DNA of 64,000 nucleotides, taken from positions 192,001-256,000 of the forward strand of contig CAWDVE010000013.1 in NCBI GenBank assembly GCA_963805625.1. Direction: 5' to 3'. Both the position numbers and the translations under genes were made by a program. Below are positions 1 through 9,368 of this stretch, in pieces. Source of the DNA: an uncultured Candidatus Rokubacteria bacterium (GTDB lineage Bacteria > Methylomirabilota > Methylomirabilia > Rokubacteriales > DASRDR01). The notes beneath the pieces are model-generated. The model was not told where the DNA came from. It saw only the letters and a list, made by a program, of their open reading frames with translations, and searched no databases. Position 1 is the first letter of the stretch. The number at the start of each line of letters is the position of its first letter.

Positions 1-49
1 CGACCCGCCCAGCCAGCCGCCCCTCGCGTGAGGCGCCGGATGGCATCAT
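1..49 (-). CDS. N-terminal fragment of a probable SDR oxidoreductase (runs off the window start)
   Basis: ATG at 49, 7 nt after the DHDPS-like stop, reads MMPSGASREGRLAGRV, like the typical SDR start (RLxGKV/RLxGRV). Only 16 codons are visible. Confidence 0.4.
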   Translation of the reverse strand, partial: MMPSGASREGRLAGRV

Positions 50-56
50 CGAGTCC

Positions 57-998
57 CTACAGCAGATCCGCGTGGATCAGCGCCCGTCGGATGAGAACTC
101 GCTCGTCGTCCGATGCCGGAGGGAGCGGGGCTCGGACCACCGCGTTCTTCAGCACCCCCTGGAAGACCAGCGCCTCCTTCATCCGCACCCGGTAGTTCCG
201 GAGAGGCGGCGCGTAGATCGCCTGGCACAGCGGGTCGAGGCGGTCTCGCAACGCAGCGCCCGCGACCAGGTCTCCCCGGCGCACGGCGTCCAGCATCGCG
301 ATCTGCGGGGCGGTCGCCGTCGCCCCCATTCCGAGGAGTGCACCGTCGGCCCCGAGAAGATAGGACTCGTAGATGAAGGTGTCGTTTCCGGTCAGGATGG
401 CGAGCGGCCGCGGGAATGTCCGGTTCACCCGCACGATCTGCAGGAAGCGCGTGGCGTCGAAGCTTGCTTCCTTGAGCCCGACCACGCCCTCGAGCCCGGC
501 AAGGAGGCGCAGCGTCTCTGCCGGGTAGACGACCCCCCCGAACTGAGCGGGCCGATGGAAGAGGATCACCGGGAGCCCGCTCGCCTCGACGATCGCCCGA
601 TGATAGTCGACGGCCGCTCGGGCCGGCAGCCCTTCTCCGCCGAATGCCCGCGGCGGGAAGATCAGGAGACCGGCCGCCCCCGCTCGGCTGGCGCTCCGCG
701 CCTGGGCCACCGCGTCCTCCGTGAACTCGCTAATGATCCCGGCGACGACGGGCAGCCTGCTACCGACCCTCCGCACGACCCGCTCGAGCACCTGGGCGCG
801 CTCCTCCGGGTAGAGAAGCTCACCCTCCCCCGCGCTCGAGTTCACGACGATCGCCTTCGGGCCGTCCTCGGCAATCCAGCGGACGTAGGTGTCCATCGTG
901 TCCAGGTCGATCGCCCCATCGTCCCGCATCGGCAGCACGGGCGCCGCGATGTAGCCCATGACGTCGAGCGTGCGTACGGTCCCCATCGCGTCATTCAT
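57..998 (-). CDS. Dihydrodipicolinate synthase/N-acetylneuraminate lyase superfamily enzyme (non-canonical)
   Basis: DDGAIDLD, SSAGEG, LPVVAG, Schiff-base Lys in GLKEAS, LLGADG. Start reset to ATG 998, which overlaps the permease stop (ATGA). Confidence 0.85.
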   Translation of the reverse strand: MNDAMGTVRTLDVMGYIAAPVLPMRDDGAIDLDTMDTYVRWIAEDGPKAIVVNSSAGEGELLYPEERAQVLERVVRRVGSRLPVVAGIISEFTEDAVAQARSASRAGAAGLLIFPPRAFGGEGLPARAAVDYHRAIVEASGLPVILFHRPAQFGGVVYPAETLRLLAGLEGVVGLKEASFDATRFLQIVRVNRTFPRPLAILTGNDTFIYESYLLGADGALLGMGATATAPQIAMLDAVRRGDLVAGAALRDRLDPLCQAIYAPPLRNYRVRMKEALVFQGVLKNAVVRAPLPPASDDERVLIRRALIHADLL

Positions 999-1828
999 CC
1001 TTTCACTGCGCCGGCGGCCAGGCCGGTCGCCAGGTAGCGCTGCACCGCGAGCCCGAGGATCGCCGTCGGCAGGAGCACGAGCATCCCCGCGGCAGCGACG
1101 CGATCCCAGTACACCGCGCGCTCCGTGATGAACCCGGAGATCATGACGGGCAGCGTGCGCGCGCCGCGTCCCGTCAGGATCACCGCGTAGATGAAGTCGT
1201 TCCACGAGTAGAGGAACGTGAGGACCGCGGTCGCCGCGATTCCCGGCGCCATGATGGGAATCACCACGCGCCACAGGGCCTGGAGCCGTCCGCAGCCGTC
1301 CACCTGGGCCGCTTCCTCCAGCTCCACGGGCACCCGCAGCACGAAGCCCCTCAAGAGCCACACGCTGAGCGGCAGCGTCAGAGAAATGTGGGTGACGATG
1401 AGACCGAGCTGGGTGTCAAGGAGCCCGAGCCGGGAGTAGATCACGAAGAGGGGGATGATCATCGCGATCGGCGGCATGACGTGGACGCACAGCACCGCGA
1501 GGGACAGCGACTCCCGCCCGTGATACCGAAACCGCACGAAGCTGTACGCAGCCGGCAAGCCCAGCGTGATGGCCCCGGCGCTGCTGCACACGGCCACCAC
1601 CAGGCTGTTCCTGAGATATCGCGCGAACGGATGGAGCGTCAGCACCTCGCGGTACCCGGACAGGGACGGCGTGAACAGCCAGGCGGGCGGGAGCTCAATC
1701 AGCAGCGTCTCCGGCAGGATCGAGAGCCGAACCAGCCAGAGGATCGGGAAGGCCACGTAGCCGACGAGCAGGACGCTCCCGGCCACCATGGCCGCCCGGC
1801 GAAGTCTCTGCCAACCCGGTCCAACCAA
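995..1828 (-). CDS. Carbohydrate ABC transporter permease (MalG-like)
   Basis: EAA loop ELEEAAQVDG, FLYSWNDF, TLPV, GLAAGAVKG C-terminus. Start is TTG 1828 or ATG 1789. Confidence 0.9.
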   Translation of the reverse strand: MVGPGWQRLRRAAMVAGSVLLVGYVAFPILWLVRLSILPETLLIELPPAWLFTPSLSGYREVLTLHPFARYLRNSLVVAVCSSAGAITLGLPAAYSFVRFRYHGRESLSLAVLCVHVMPPIAMIIPLFVIYSRLGLLDTQLGLIVTHISLTLPLSVWLLRGFVLRVPVELEEAAQVDGCGRLQALWRVVIPIMAPGIAATAVLTFLYSWNDFIYAVILTGRGARTLPVMISGFITERAVYWDRVAAAGMLVLLPTAILGLAVQRYLATGLAAGAVKG

Positions 1829-1830
1829 GG

Positions 1831-2817
1831 CTAGTCTCCCCGCACACCGCTCGACGTGCGGTAGTAGACGACGGCGACCGTCGCCATGGTCAGCACCATC
1901 CCGACGGCGACCGCCGCCGAGTACCCCATCTGTCCGTAACTGAACGCAAGCTTGTTCACGAGGATGCTGAGTGTCTCGGTGGACTCCGCCGGCCCTCCGC
2001 CCGTCATGACGAAGACGATGTCGAACACCCGAAACGTCGCCACGAATCGCCAGAAGATCGCCACGAACACGACGGGCGCCAGCAGCGGGAGCGTAACGTG
2101 GAGGAAGCGGAGCGCCGCCCCGGCCCCGTCGACCCGCGCCGCCTCGTAGTACTCCTCGGGAATCGACTGCAGACCGGCAAGAAGCAGCAGCGTCACGAAG
2201 GGCGTCTGGTTCCACACGTCCGTGACGATCACCGCGATCATCGCCCACGGGGTCGCCGCCAGCCAGACCACGGGGTCCACCCCGACCCGACCGAGCGCGT
2301 AGTTGACGATGCCGTAGGAATAGTTGAACAGGATCCGGAAGGTGATCCCCAACACCACCGGCGTCAGCATGAGCGGGAACAGAGCAATCGCGCGGAGAAG
2401 GCGTCGTCCCGGTAACCGCTGGTTCAGAAACAGGGCGATCGCCATGCCCAGGGTCAGCTCCAGGGTCACCGCACCCATCACGAACACGCTGGTCTGGGTC
2501 AGGGCATTCCACACGAGCGGGTCTTGGACCGCCGCCACGTAATTCGCGACGCCGACGAACCTGCCCCCCGTCGAGAACTCGAAGAGCTGCATCTGACGGG
2601 TACTCAGATAGAGCGAGTACAGCACCGGGTACAAGAACACCGTGACGAGAAACAGGAACGTGGGCGCGATCAGCATGTACGGATACAGGCGGACTATCCG
2701 GATCCGCCGGCCGGCGATCGCTTGAGTTGGCGGCATTCGGCCGCCCCCGGCGGCCGGCCTGGATGCCGTACCAGCCGGCGCCTGGGCGTTGCCCGTGAGC
2801 ACTCCAGCCGCGCTCAT
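1831..2817 (-). CDS. Carbohydrate ABC transporter permease (MalF-like)
   Basis: FVGVANY, LAGLQSIPEEYYEAARVDGA, MTGGGP; multiple TM segments. Confidence 0.92.
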   Translation of the reverse strand: MSAAGVLTGNAQAPAGTASRPAAGGGRMPPTQAIAGRRIRIVRLYPYMLIAPTFLFLVTVFLYPVLYSLYLSTRQMQLFEFSTGGRFVGVANYVAAVQDPLVWNALTQTSVFVMGAVTLELTLGMAIALFLNQRLPGRRLLRAIALFPLMLTPVVLGITFRILFNYSYGIVNYALGRVGVDPVVWLAATPWAMIAVIVTDVWNQTPFVTLLLLAGLQSIPEEYYEAARVDGAGAALRFLHVTLPLLAPVVFVAIFWRFVATFRVFDIVFVMTGGGPAESTETLSILVNKLAFSYGQMGYSAAVAVGMVLTMATVAVVYYRTSSGVRGD

Positions 2818-2824
2818 GGCTGGC

Positions 2825-3604
2825 TCAGTTGATCGACATGCCCCCGTTCACGTTCAGCGTCACGCCCGTGATCTCGCGCGCGTCGTCCGATGCCAGGAAC
2901 GCGATGGCTGCCGCGATGTCCTCGGGCTGCTGGAGCCGCTTGAAGGGCGCGCCCTGTATCTGCTGCTCGATACGCTGCTCCTTGCTGATTCCGAAGTGCT
3001 TCATGTATCCACGCCCGATGTCCTCTGCCATGAGGGTGGGCACGAAACCGGGGCAGACTGCGTTGACGTTGATGTTGTAGGGCGCCAGCGCGATCGCGGC
3101 AGACTGGGTGAGGCTGATGACACCCATCTTGGCCGCGCCGTAAGTCATGCAGTTCGGGACCGGCACGCGGGCCGCGGTCGAGGATAGGTTGACGATCTTT
3201 CCGCTGCGCCGGGCCATCATGACGCGGGCCGCCGCCTGCAACCCGAAGAACACGGCCTTCAGGTTGATCCCCAGGATTCGGTCGTAGTCCGCCTCTGTGA
3301 TCTCGAGGAGCGGCGCGATGTGCTGGACGCCCGCATTGTTGACCATGACATCGAGCTGGCCGAGCTCCGCCACGACGCGCTCGACCATCGCGCCAACCTG
3401 CGCAACGCTGGTCACGTCAACCGTCATCTCCGCGACGCGCCGGCCGGTCTTGTTCCGCACGGCGACGGCCGCCTCCCGCATCAGCGTCGGATTGATGTCC
3501 GCCAGCGCGACGTCACTGCCTTCCTCCGCCAGGCGGAGGGCCGTGGCTCGCCCGATGCCACCACCGGCGCCCGTGATCAAAGACACCTTGCCCTCGAGAC
3601 GCAT
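2825..3604 (-). CDS. SDR family oxidoreductase (polyol/acetoin dehydrogenase-like)
   Basis: TGAGGGIG, NNAG, YGAAK catalytic motif, VNAVCPG; SD AAGGAG upstream. Confidence 0.92.
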   Translation of the reverse strand: MRLEGKVSLITGAGGGIGRATALRLAEEGSDVALADINPTLMREAAVAVRNKTGRRVAEMTVDVTSVAQVGAMVERVVAELGQLDVMVNNAGVQHIAPLLEITEADYDRILGINLKAVFFGLQAAARVMMARRSGKIVNLSSTAARVPVPNCMTYGAAKMGVISLTQSAAIALAPYNINVNAVCPGFVPTLMAEDIGRGYMKHFGISKEQRIEQQIQGAPFKRLQQPEDIAAAIAFLASDDAREITGVTLNVNGGMSIN

Positions 3605-3631
3605 GCACCACTCCTTCCGTTGGGGTCAGAT

Positions 3632-3679
3632 GGGAGCCCGGTCGATCCGCCGCTGACAGCCGGACCGGCTCGGGCTCCC
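3632..3679 (-). other. Imperfect GC-rich hairpin between the binding-protein gene and the SDR gene (mRNA stabiliser/attenuator-like)
   Basis: GGGAGCCCG (3632-3640) pairs with CGGGCTCCC (3671-3679), with partial inner pairing. Confidence 0.4.
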
Positions 3680-3695
3680 GGAGACCGAACCACGC

Positions 3696-4994
3696 CTACT
3701 TCAGATATCCGCCTTCCTTCAGGATCCGGGTCCACTCTGCCGCGCAGTCGTTCATCGCCGCCTCGGGGCTCTTCTTCAGGTTCGCGGCGAGGTTCACCTC
3801 TCGCGCCCAGACCTGTCGGAGCTGCTCCGTGTGGGGCATCCGCGGGAACAGCGTGGCGAACGTCATCGTCTCCGCCATCAGCGGGAAGTCCTTCCGGATC
3901 TTGAGGACCTCGGGGTCGCTGTATACCGCCTTCTGGACCGGGTCTCCCCCGTTTACCGCCCAGATGGCGGCGCCTTCCTTCGAGGCGAGGAAGCTCAGGA
4001 ACGTCTTGGCCGCGTCCTTGCGGGTCGAGCTGACGGGCACGATCCAGCTCTCGGCGCTCATGAAGGCGCCACGCTTGACCGTGTTCCCCTCGCGGCGACC
4101 CGGGACGACCGTCGCGGCGATGTCCTTGCAGATCTTCGGGCTCTTGTCACAGGACGTGAGCAGATCGAACGCGGCCGACCACTGGACGGCCATCGCCGCC
4201 CGCTCCGCCTGGAGGTACTGGTTCTTCTCGAGATAGCCGATCGCGTCCGAGTCCGGCGGCGCCAGCTTTTCGGTGCGAAGAATGTCCACGAAGTACTTGA
4301 GGGCGGCGATGCCCTGCGGGCTGTTCATGACTGGACGGTTGTTCGCGTCCAGCCACGTGCCCCCGAAGCCAAGGAAAAACGTGGCGAACTCGATCCCGCC
4401 GCTGATCCCGGGCACGCCAGTGCGAAGGACGGTGCCGTAGCGCTCCACCTTGCCGGCGGCATCCACCTTCTGCAGCTTTCTGAGCGCCGCGAGATACTCG
4501 TCCCAGGTCTGGGGCACTTCCACGCCGGCTGCCTTCAGGAGGCTCGGCCGGTACCACAGGTAGACGGGGTGATACTCCGTTGGCAGCCCCCATAACCGTC
4601 CCTCGAACGTGCTCGTCTCGAGCCCTTTGAGGTCCGCCAGCTGCTCCTTCGTGAGCATGGTGTCGACTGGGGCCATGGCGCCCGCCTTGGCAAACTCGGG
4701 GACCCACTCGCCGGGGAGCCACACCACGTCCCACGCGGGAGCCTTCGACAGAAGTGTCGTGCTCACCTTGGACCGATAGGCGTCCCGCGCGATCTCGTCG
4801 ATCTCGACCTTCAGGCCCGTCTTCTGCGCGATGATGGGGGCGGCCCGCTTCAGGTTCTCGGCTTCCGGGCTCGTCCAGACGGCGATGACAACCTCCTTGT
4901 CCGCCGCCACGGAGGCGCCCGGCAGGAGGCAGGCAGTCACGAGCGCGACGAGGAAGAAGACGCCGAGGGCCCGGCTCGACATGCGACGCTGCAT
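3696..4994 (-). CDS. Sugar ABC transporter substrate-binding protein
   Basis: Signal peptide ending ASVAA, WDVVW, LWGLP, LWYR, PQTWDEY family-1 SBP motifs; SD AAAGGAG. Confidence 0.9.
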   Translation of the reverse strand: MQRRMSSRALGVFFLVALVTACLLPGASVAADKEVVIAVWTSPEAENLKRAAPIIAQKTGLKVEIDEIARDAYRSKVSTTLLSKAPAWDVVWLPGEWVPEFAKAGAMAPVDTMLTKEQLADLKGLETSTFEGRLWGLPTEYHPVYLWYRPSLLKAAGVEVPQTWDEYLAALRKLQKVDAAGKVERYGTVLRTGVPGISGGIEFATFFLGFGGTWLDANNRPVMNSPQGIAALKYFVDILRTEKLAPPDSDAIGYLEKNQYLQAERAAMAVQWSAAFDLLTSCDKSPKICKDIAATVVPGRREGNTVKRGAFMSAESWIVPVSSTRKDAAKTFLSFLASKEGAAIWAVNGGDPVQKAVYSDPEVLKIRKDFPLMAETMTFATLFPRMPHTEQLRQVWAREVNLAANLKKSPEAAMNDCAAEWTRILKEGGYLK

Positions 4995-5082
4995 ATTCGC
5001 TCCTTTCGGCTGAATCGGGAGTGTGTCAGGTGCCCGGTGACGGTGGATCAGGGAACGACGCGATGTCCTCCGTGCACGACGG

Positions 5083-5946
5083 CTACACGGAACCCAGAAT
5101 CTTGACCGCTCCAGCGTGGCAGCGCCGCGCGACCTCCAGGGGGTTCTCGCGCCACAACCCCTGGCTCAGGACCTCGACGACGAAGTACCCGGCGTAGCCC
5201 TTGTTCAGCACCCGCGCGACGATCTCTCCGAGCGGACCGGCCCCTTCCCCGGGAGGTAGCCGTCCGTCGTCCAGTGCCTGCTCGCGCGGCCCGGGTGGCA
5301 CGTCCGCCAGGTGGACCAGATAGAGGCGCTCGCCCGGGATCTCGTCGAGCATCTCGAGCGTCGAGCCGCCGCGGTGGAAGTGGAAGGTATCGAGCAGGAG
5401 ACCACCGTTGTGGCAGTCGGCCCGACGCACGACCTCCCAAGCTTGGGCTAGCGTGTGGAACCGCGGGGCGAACCCGAGGACCTCGAGAGCGACCCGCACC
5501 TCGTGGCGCGCAGCCATCTCGCAGATGCGCCGAAAGTCCCGTACCGCCTCGTCGACGGTGCCCTCGTCCTCGTAGGCCGAAATGGCCGCGACCGTGTCGC
5601 CACCCAGGGCTCGGGTCCAGCCGAGCAGGCGATCCGCCCGCGCAAGCAGCTCGTCGTCCGAGACACCCTCGGGCCGCTTGAAGGTGTTGAGGAGCGGCAC
5701 GCCCCCAGTGAACTGCCATTGCATCAGGGAGCCGGTCTCCGAGATGGTGAGCCCGTGTCTCTCGTTGAGCCGCCGGACGTCGGCGATGGTCCGGTCACCC
5801 GCCACGTACTCCTCGACCTCGACTCCCCGCAGCGCCCATGCGCCGAAGCCGGCGCGGGCCGCCAGCTCGGCCTTCTCCTCGAAGCGACCGACCGGCCTGA
5901 GCGTCCCCGCGTGAAGGCTGAGGCGCTTCGGGTCAACGTTCCTCAT
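5083..5946 (-). CDS. Sugar phosphate isomerase/epimerase (xylose isomerase-like TIM barrel, IolE/IolH-like)
   Basis: VALEV, LLLDTFHF, VHLAD, RLPPGEG, VVEV metal-binding motifs. Start reset to ATG 5946. Confidence 0.85.
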   Translation of the reverse strand: MRNVDPKRLSLHAGTLRPVGRFEEKAELAARAGFGAWALRGVEVEEYVAGDRTIADVRRLNERHGLTISETGSLMQWQFTGGVPLLNTFKRPEGVSDDELLARADRLLGWTRALGGDTVAAISAYEDEGTVDEAVRDFRRICEMAARHEVRVALEVLGFAPRFHTLAQAWEVVRRADCHNGGLLLDTFHFHRGGSTLEMLDEIPGERLYLVHLADVPPGPREQALDDGRLPPGEGAGPLGEIVARVLNKGYAGYFVVEVLSQGLWRENPLEVARRCHAGAVKILGSV

Positions 5947-6036
5947 GGTCTCTTCATAATCCGGTCGCGCTCCCTCGCCATCCGGAGTCGCGACCTCGAA
6001 CTCCTTCTGATCCGATGCGGAACCTCTGCGTTTGCG

Positions 6037-6214
6037 ATCTGATATACCAGATTGAGATGGCAAACTGATATCCCAGTCTCAAGGCCGTTGTCAAGCCGGT
6101 CGCGGATGGCCAGCAATCACGGAGCCAGTGCTCTCGTGCGAGACGGTCGGCGTACGATTCGGACCCCGAGGGAGGATGCGCGCTTTGACAGCCCGTTAGT
6201 CGCTGTGATATCAG
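6037..6214. promoter_or_regulatory. Divergent promoters with probable GntR operators
   Basis: Near-palindromes ATCTGATATACCAGAT (6037-6052) and ACTGATATCCCAGT (6064-6077). TTGACA-N16-GATATCAG occurs on both strands (- strand from 6094, + strand from 6185). Confidence 0.6.
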
Positions 6215-6221
6215 AGCAGGC

Positions 6222-7070
6222 GTGCCAGGCGTGAAGCATCCGAGGGAGCGTGCGCGAGGACGGGCCCTCCCGCCCTCACGGACCCTGCCGTCACGACCTC
6301 AGAGTCTCAACGAGCTCGTCTACCTCGAGCTGCGCCGCCAGATCCTGTGGGGTGAGATCAGGGCCGGAAGCGCGCTGTCGGTGAGGAGGCTCTCGGAGGA
6401 GTTCAGCGTGAGCCCCATGCCGGTCCGGGACGCCATCCGGCGGCTCGCTATCGAGGAGCTGGTAGAGGTCACGCCTCGGAGCTCCACTCGCGTCAGCCTC
6501 ATCTCGCCCGACACGGTCCGGGAGATTGCGGAGATCCGGAGCCGGCTGGAGGCGCTCGGGGCACGCCTGGCCCTGCCTCACCTGACGGCTGCCGACGTGG
6601 AGCGTCTGCGGGAGCTCGTGAAGGAGATGCAGGTGGCGGCCGCCCGCAGTGATCCAGAGGATTGGCATCAGGCGAACGCCGAGTTTCACCGCGTTGTCAT
6701 CCACCGCTCCGGTAATCGCCTGCTGGCGCGCATGACGGAGGGGCTGTGGGACCGGAGCATCCGGCACTTCAGCGGGCGGGTGCTGAGCCAGGCGCACTTC
6801 CGGCAGCTCCGTGACAAGGAGCATCAGCGAATTCTTCAGGCGATCGTGAAGCGTGATCCGGATGCGGTCGAGGAGGCCTGGCGCCATCACGTCTATCAGT
6901 CCGGGCTCGAGACCGTGGATTACCTTCGTTCCCTGGCGGTGAGCACCGTCTCATTCCTCGAGCGTCGCGGGCTCGCGCCTGGCGCGTGGTCGGAGGCGCA
7001 GACGGAGCGCAGGCCCCGTGGCCGTGGGCCGGGACGATCCGTCGTCCGACGCCTCCGACCCGCCGACTGA
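6222..7070 (+). CDS. GntR family transcriptional regulator (FCD domain)
   Basis: wHTH LSEEFSVSPMPVRDAIRRL; FCD motifs NAEFH, SGN, EH..I. Confidence 0.92.
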   Translation: MPGVKHPRERARGRALPPSRTLPSRPQSLNELVYLELRRQILWGEIRAGSALSVRRLSEEFSVSPMPVRDAIRRLAIEELVEVTPRSSTRVSLISPDTVREIAEIRSRLEALGARLALPHLTAADVERLRELVKEMQVAAARSDPEDWHQANAEFHRVVIHRSGNRLLARMTEGLWDRSIRHFSGRVLSQAHFRQLRDKEHQRILQAIVKRDPDAVEEAWRHHVYQSGLETVDYLRSLAVSTVSFLERRGLAPGAWSEAQTERRPRGRGPGRSVVRRLRPAD

Positions 7071-7175
7071 TCGCCCAGCCCGTCGAGCCGTGCGGCGACC
7101 GTTCACGGTGTCGCGGCCTATGATGAGCGAGCGCCCGGCAGGGTCCCCCGGCCCCGATCGACAAGGAGCCCGCGC

Positions 7176-8303
7176 GTGCGCGTGACCGATCTCTCGGTGC
7201 GGCTGTACCGCATACCCCCGCCCATCCGCATCCAGGACTCGATCCAGCGGGTCGCCCACTGGGAGTGGATCGTCACCACGGTCACCACCGACGCGGGCCT
7301 GACGGGCACCGGATTCGCCTACACGGGCGGTCTCGGCGGCAGCGCGATCCGGGAGCTGGTGGACACCTATCTCGCGCCCCTCGTCCGCGGCCAGGACCCG
7401 CGAGACGTGGAGCGGATCTGGACCCGATGCTGGTGGGAGCTCCACTCACTCGGCTCCGGCGGCCTCACCCGGTACGCCCTCGCCTCGGTCGACGTCGCGG
7501 TGTGGGACATCCTGGCCAAGCACGCCGGCGTTCCGCTCTACCGGCTGCTCGGCGGGGCGCGCGACCGCATCCGGGCCTACGGCAGCGGCATCAACATGCA
7601 CCTCGACGGCGAGCCGCTCCTCGACCAGATGCGCGGCTTCCTCGACCGCGGCTACCGCGCCGTGAAGATGAAGGTCGGGCGGGACAACCCCGAGGAGGAC
7701 GTGGAGCGGGTGGGCGCCGTCCGGCAGCTGGTGGGCCCCGAGGTCCTCCTCATGCTGGACGCCAATCAGAAGTGGACGGCGGGCGAGGCCATCCGGCGGG
7801 CACGGATGCTCACCCGCTTCGCCCCGTTCTGGCTGGAGGAGCCGGTGCTGGCGGACGACCGCATCGCGCACTGCCGGGTACGGGAGGGCGCGGGCATTCC
7901 TCTCGCGGCCGGCGAGACCATGTACACGCGCTACGAGTTCGCCGACTTCATGCGGAGCGGCGCCCTCGACGTCGTCCAGGCAGACATCGTGCGGGTGGGC
8001 GGCTTCACCGAGTGGCTGAAAATCGCGAAGCTCGCGGAGAGCTTCAACCTACCGGTGGCGCCTCACTTCGTCCTAGAGCTCTCGATCCACGGACTGTGCG
8101 CCGTGTCGAACGGACTGATCCTCGAGGACCTGCAGGGCGGGTCGTTCACCGACCTCGGACTTCTTACGGAGCCGATCCGGGTCGAGCGGGGCGAGCTCGC
8201 TCCTCCGGCCCGCCCGGGTCACGGCATCGTCCTCGACGACGCGGTGCTCCGCCGCTACGAGGTCACTGGCAAGCCGACCGACGTGGCGCCGACGCGCAGC
8301 TGA
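7176..8303 (+). CDS. Mandelate racemase/muconate lactonizing enzyme family (probable acid-sugar dehydratase)
   Basis: DVAVWDILAK..GVPLYRLLGG, KMK, LDAN, WLEEP, GE, PH, PGHG; SD AAGGAG. Confidence 0.9.
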   Translation: MRVTDLSVRLYRIPPPIRIQDSIQRVAHWEWIVTTVTTDAGLTGTGFAYTGGLGGSAIRELVDTYLAPLVRGQDPRDVERIWTRCWWELHSLGSGGLTRYALASVDVAVWDILAKHAGVPLYRLLGGARDRIRAYGSGINMHLDGEPLLDQMRGFLDRGYRAVKMKVGRDNPEEDVERVGAVRQLVGPEVLLMLDANQKWTAGEAIRRARMLTRFAPFWLEEPVLADDRIAHCRVREGAGIPLAAGETMYTRYEFADFMRSGALDVVQADIVRVGGFTEWLKIAKLAESFNLPVAPHFVLELSIHGLCAVSNGLILEDLQGGSFTDLGLLTEPIRVERGELAPPARPGHGIVLDDAVLRRYEVTGKPTDVAPTRS

Positions 8304-8387
8304 AGGCTATTCCCCCGCGCTTCAGCCGCCGACACATCCTCGCGGGGTGCCAGGCCGGGTGGTCTCTCCGAGCGCGGCGCCCGCTGC

Positions 8388-9347
8388 CTACGTCTGCCCG
8401 GGCAACGCGGGCGCACCATCGGCATACGGCTCGAGCGCGGCGTACACGACGGTGTTCCGTGGCGTCGCCACACCGAGCTCGCGACCCATCCGGGACACCG
8501 CGCCGTTGATCGCCTCGAGCTCCAATCGCCGCCCCTCAACGAGGTCGAAGTACATCGAGCCGCGGGCGGACGGATTGGCCTCGGCCAGCTTGCGAAGCCA
8601 CTCGAACAACTCCTCAGCCCTACCCTTCGGCAATGGAACTCCCTTGGCACGTCCGACAGCCGCCACCTCTTCCATGAGACCCCGCGCCAGGGCCGCGGTC
8701 GGTGGACGCGAGAACAGCGGACCGAGAGGCAAGCGTGTCAACGATACGAGCCCGAGCGTCACGCTGGTGAGCACGAGCTTCTCCCGGATCTCGCGGCGGA
8801 TGTCTTGGCTGGCCTCGGTCTCGATCCCACCTCGGAGCAAGCCGTCACGCAGGAAGTCGCGCAGGTCGTCCACCCGCCGACTGGCGCCGCCCGAGCGCTC
8901 TCCGAACTTGACGTGCATGCGTCGCACCTTCTGCGCGACGACTCCGGGCGCGACGAGCGTCCCTCCGGCAACGGACACGCACCCAAGCACGGGAGCCTCC
9001 CCGACCACTGCGGCGACCTGCTCCGCCGCCTCCACGCCGTTCTGAGGCGGCAGGATCACCGTCCGCGGCCCGACGAGTGGCGCGGCGTGATGGGCCGCCG
9101 CCTCGACGTCGTAGGTCTTCACACAGAACCAGACCAAGTCGACGGGGCCGACCTCGCGCGGGTCGTCCGTAGCGCCGACCTTGAGATTGAACTCACCCTC
9201 GGGAAGCAGTTTGACGGTCAGCCCATTCGCGCGGAGCGCTTGCAGATTCGCCCCGCGAGCGATGAAGGTGACATCCTTGCCGGCCCGGGCCAGAACCCCG
9301 CCTATCAGTCCACCGACCCCACCGACGCCAAGAACGGCAACGCGCAT
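8388..9347 (-). CDS. panE: 2-dehydropantoate 2-reductase (ketopantoate reductase family)
   Basis: GVGGVG, CVKTYD, QNG, EKL, SMYFD, ELEAING. Confidence 0.85.
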   Translation of the reverse strand: MRVAVLGVGGVGGLIGGVLARAGKDVTFIARGANLQALRANGLTVKLLPEGEFNLKVGATDDPREVGPVDLVWFCVKTYDVEAAAHHAAPLVGPRTVILPPQNGVEAAEQVAAVVGEAPVLGCVSVAGGTLVAPGVVAQKVRRMHVKFGERSGGASRRVDDLRDFLRDGLLRGGIETEASQDIRREIREKLVLTSVTLGLVSLTRLPLGPLFSRPPTAALARGLMEEVAAVGRAKGVPLPKGRAEELFEWLRKLAEANPSARGSMYFDLVEGRRLELEAINGAVSRMGRELGVATPRNTVVYAALEPYADGAPALPGQT

Positions 9348-9368
9348 GGCTGACTTCTCCGCTGGCCC

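Noticed and set aside
3622-3630. GGGGTCAGA matching the end of the 36.4-kb element
   Set aside because: Only 9 nt with no partner repeat; compatible with chance.
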